DNA of 64,000 bases from Fistulifera solaris (taxonomy: Eukaryota). The notes below the pieces were generated by a model. That model saw only the letters and a list, made by a program, of their open reading frames with translations. It was not told the origin of the DNA and made no database searches. The translations under genes were made by a program, and so were the position numbers. The stretch lies in the NCBI GenBank assembly GCA_030295235.1, contig AP026142.1, positions 496,001-560,000 of the forward strand, in the 5' to 3' direction. Positions within the stretch are counted from its first letter, which is position 1. Each line of letters begins with the position of its first letter. This document shows, one piece after another, positions 61,896 through 64,000 of the stretch.

Positions 61896-63793
61896 ATGAA
61901 GACTACTACTCGAAAACGATCAGCGCTATCATCCCTGGTGACATTTATGTTGGCACGTCTGGAGCCGGCACAATGCTTTCATGCTACCACCACAACGAGA
62001 CCCAATAATATGAGAACCACGGCGTCCTATTTTCGCGAATCTGACGAGTCCGAGAGTGCTGCTTCGTATTTTTCCTTTTGGCTGACACACTGACACCGCA
62101 ACAACTCCCTGCTTGGCTTTCGATTCCGCAAAGTCATCTCGCGGAAACGAACATGAAGGCACTACAATCGGAAATGAGAGAATCGTCCTATTTTACGGAA
62201 ACGGAATCACGAAAATTGATGCTGGCGATCGAAGACGCGGCTGCCGGAGATCGCAGTAAAGTGGCCGGTGCGGCGGAGTTTTGTTTGTTGCTGCAAGAAA
62301 CGGTAGAAATTGGTTTCAATGCGTTGGTGGCGGCCTGTTATCACTACTGTTCGTGTGTGACTGCACGAAAGCGTGTCAGTGGGTGGTATTTAGATGATTC
62401 GCATGAGCATTTGCATTCGTACGGCGCACATGTTATGAAGATTTCGGAAGATACGGACCGCTTGAAGCGGTTGGAGATGGTAGCTGCGACTGTGACATCG
62501 TCCGAGCCAGCGGATCGCGTACGGCCGGATTCCAAAGATGCTGAGAATTTAAGGAAGCTACTGCTATCGGAAACACATGATTGGAGAGCACTGGCAATCC
62601 GATCAGGGGCTTGCTTGTATCGTCTTCGCGGCATTTTAAAGTCTCCGGTGGAAGGAGATCGAAGGACACGAGTAGCGGCGCGTACCGCACGGGAAGCACT
62701 CAGTATTTATGCTCCTTTATCGAGTCGTCTGGGTCTTCACAAGCTCAAAAATGAGTTGGAAGGAGATGCCTTTCGAATCCTTTATCCGCGTCAGTTCGCC
62801 GCTGTAAACTCCTTGGCACACGAAACCATTGGTGGTGACAATGATGTCGGGCAGAACATGAAGCAGCTTTTGGCGGAAGTGCAACAAGAAATGACCACCA
62901 TGCTGGAGAATGACGAAGAATTCAGCAAACTTGTGGAAAACTTTAGTGTCACTGCTCGAGTCAAGGAGCCATTTTCCATGTGGAAGAAGATGTTGCGTGA
63001 CGGATACAAGCATGTGCTTCAAGTTCCGGATGCATTGGCTTTACGAATCATCGTTGATGCAAAGAAGCTAACTCCAGATGAACCGGCTGAAGTAACGCGA
63101 GCTCGCGATCGGGCACTTTGTTACTATGCTGAGAGGCTTTGCGCAGCACGCTGGAAGCCCGCACCTGATAACCCAAGATTCAAGGACTACATCAAGTCTC
63201 CCAAGCGTAACGGATACCAGAGCTTGCATTACACAGCGCACACCGAGTTCCGCGGTCAGATGTGGAGCTTGGAGATTCAAGTGCGGTCAGGTGAAATGCA
63301 CAAGGTGGCCGAGTTTGGTCTTGCGAGTCATTGGGACTACAAGATTGCAAAAGGTTCGGAAAGCAATTTCGACGTCTCCGTTGAGATGACTGGGAATTAT
63401 TTCAAGAATGTCAAGCAATGGCACTGGGAGCAACACGGTGGCTCTGTCAAAGTCGATGCCAGTCCAGCATCCTCCGAGCCCGTAACAATGTCGGATATTT
63501 GGCAGAGCCGTCGTCGTGTCGATAGAATACGAGAACGAACAGCCAAGCTAGAACCTTATTTGCAAGCAATGACTGCAGCGCAAGAGAATTTGGCTCGCGA
63601 GCAAGTCTTTGTCTTCTTTGGTTCGAAACTGATGGCTCTTCCGGCTGGGTCTTGTGTGTTGGATGCAATTCGTAGTGTCAACCCTGCTCGTGTCCACGAA
63701 GAAGACTTGGTGTTGAACGGATCTTCGACTTCTCTGACGCATTTGCTTAGCAATGGTGATGTCCTGTCTGTTGTGCAAGAGGCTCGAGTTTAA
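61896..63793 (+). CDS. RSH: Plastid RelA/SpoT homologue ((p)ppGpp synthetase) with degenerate HD and C-terminal TGS-like domain
   Basis: Presequence ends AQC-F, frameshift at ~62075. YAPLSSRLGL, RVKEPFSMWKKM, DALALRII, RFKDYIKSPKRNGYQSLH and LEIQVRSGEMHKVAEFGLASHWDYK. Confidence 0.92.
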
Positions 63794-64000
63794 TGTTCCA
63801 TTTGGAAAGTGTACAAAACACAACTGTTTGAATTGAGAAAAATAGCCGTATTACTAGATCATATTTTTGTTTCAAAGGAAGCCTAGCGTATCTACATTTT
63901 ATTAAGATTGTATTTGTGTTATCGATTCTTCCGAACAAACATGTGATATCGTTTTCGAAACAATTTATCATCTTCAAAGATGAGCGACTTTGCATCGAGA

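Noticed and set aside
97..63793. Split ORFs as pseudogenes or programmed frameshifts
   Set aside because: Breaks sit in homopolymers, go in both directions and hit essential genes, so assembly error is simpler.
1..64000. tRNA, rRNA, snRNA or transposase genes
   Set aside because: I saw no convincing cloverleaf, rRNA/snRNA signature, or transposase/reverse-transcriptase motif by eye.

Overview
Gene-dense eukaryotic nuclear DNA, almost certainly from a diatom and probably a pennate one. The evidence is short GT-AG introns of about 60-145 nt, many bipartite signal+ASAF-type plastid presequences, and diatom-style Cys/Lys-rich secreted proteins. About 30 protein-coding genes can be reconstructed. 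More than half are broken by single-base indels in homopolymer runs, most simply explained as sequencing or assembly error, so the supplied ORFs are fragments that I joined by eye. Recognisable genes include TRAPPC9/Trs120, a tyrosine phosphatase, trigger-factor N-domain, AP-4 mu, RPN9, an MBD-DDT-WHIM chromatin protein, a GapN-like ALDH, bestrophin, Mpv17, ferredoxin-MBL, MFS and EamA transporters, VMA21, a cyclophilin-like protein, NOP58, a SASA-like esterase, NAA50, an ACC-synthase-like enzyme, DUF1995, uL22, TruA and RelA/SpoT. The five most interesting items are: (1) a tandem pair of secreted Cys/Pro/Lys-Gly-rich RxL-containing candidate cell-wall or biosilica proteins with a repeated Cys module and a conserved upstream non-coding block; (2) a ~140-nt structured intergenic element beside them carrying a (GGGGTTC)n telomere-like tract; (3) an apparent FSH1-RWD-Obg(Ygr210) GTPase triple fusion; (4) a recurring GTACCAGTAC-type motif upstream of genes; (5) several probable pseudo-enzymes. 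All family calls come from motif recognition by eye, and no searches were run.
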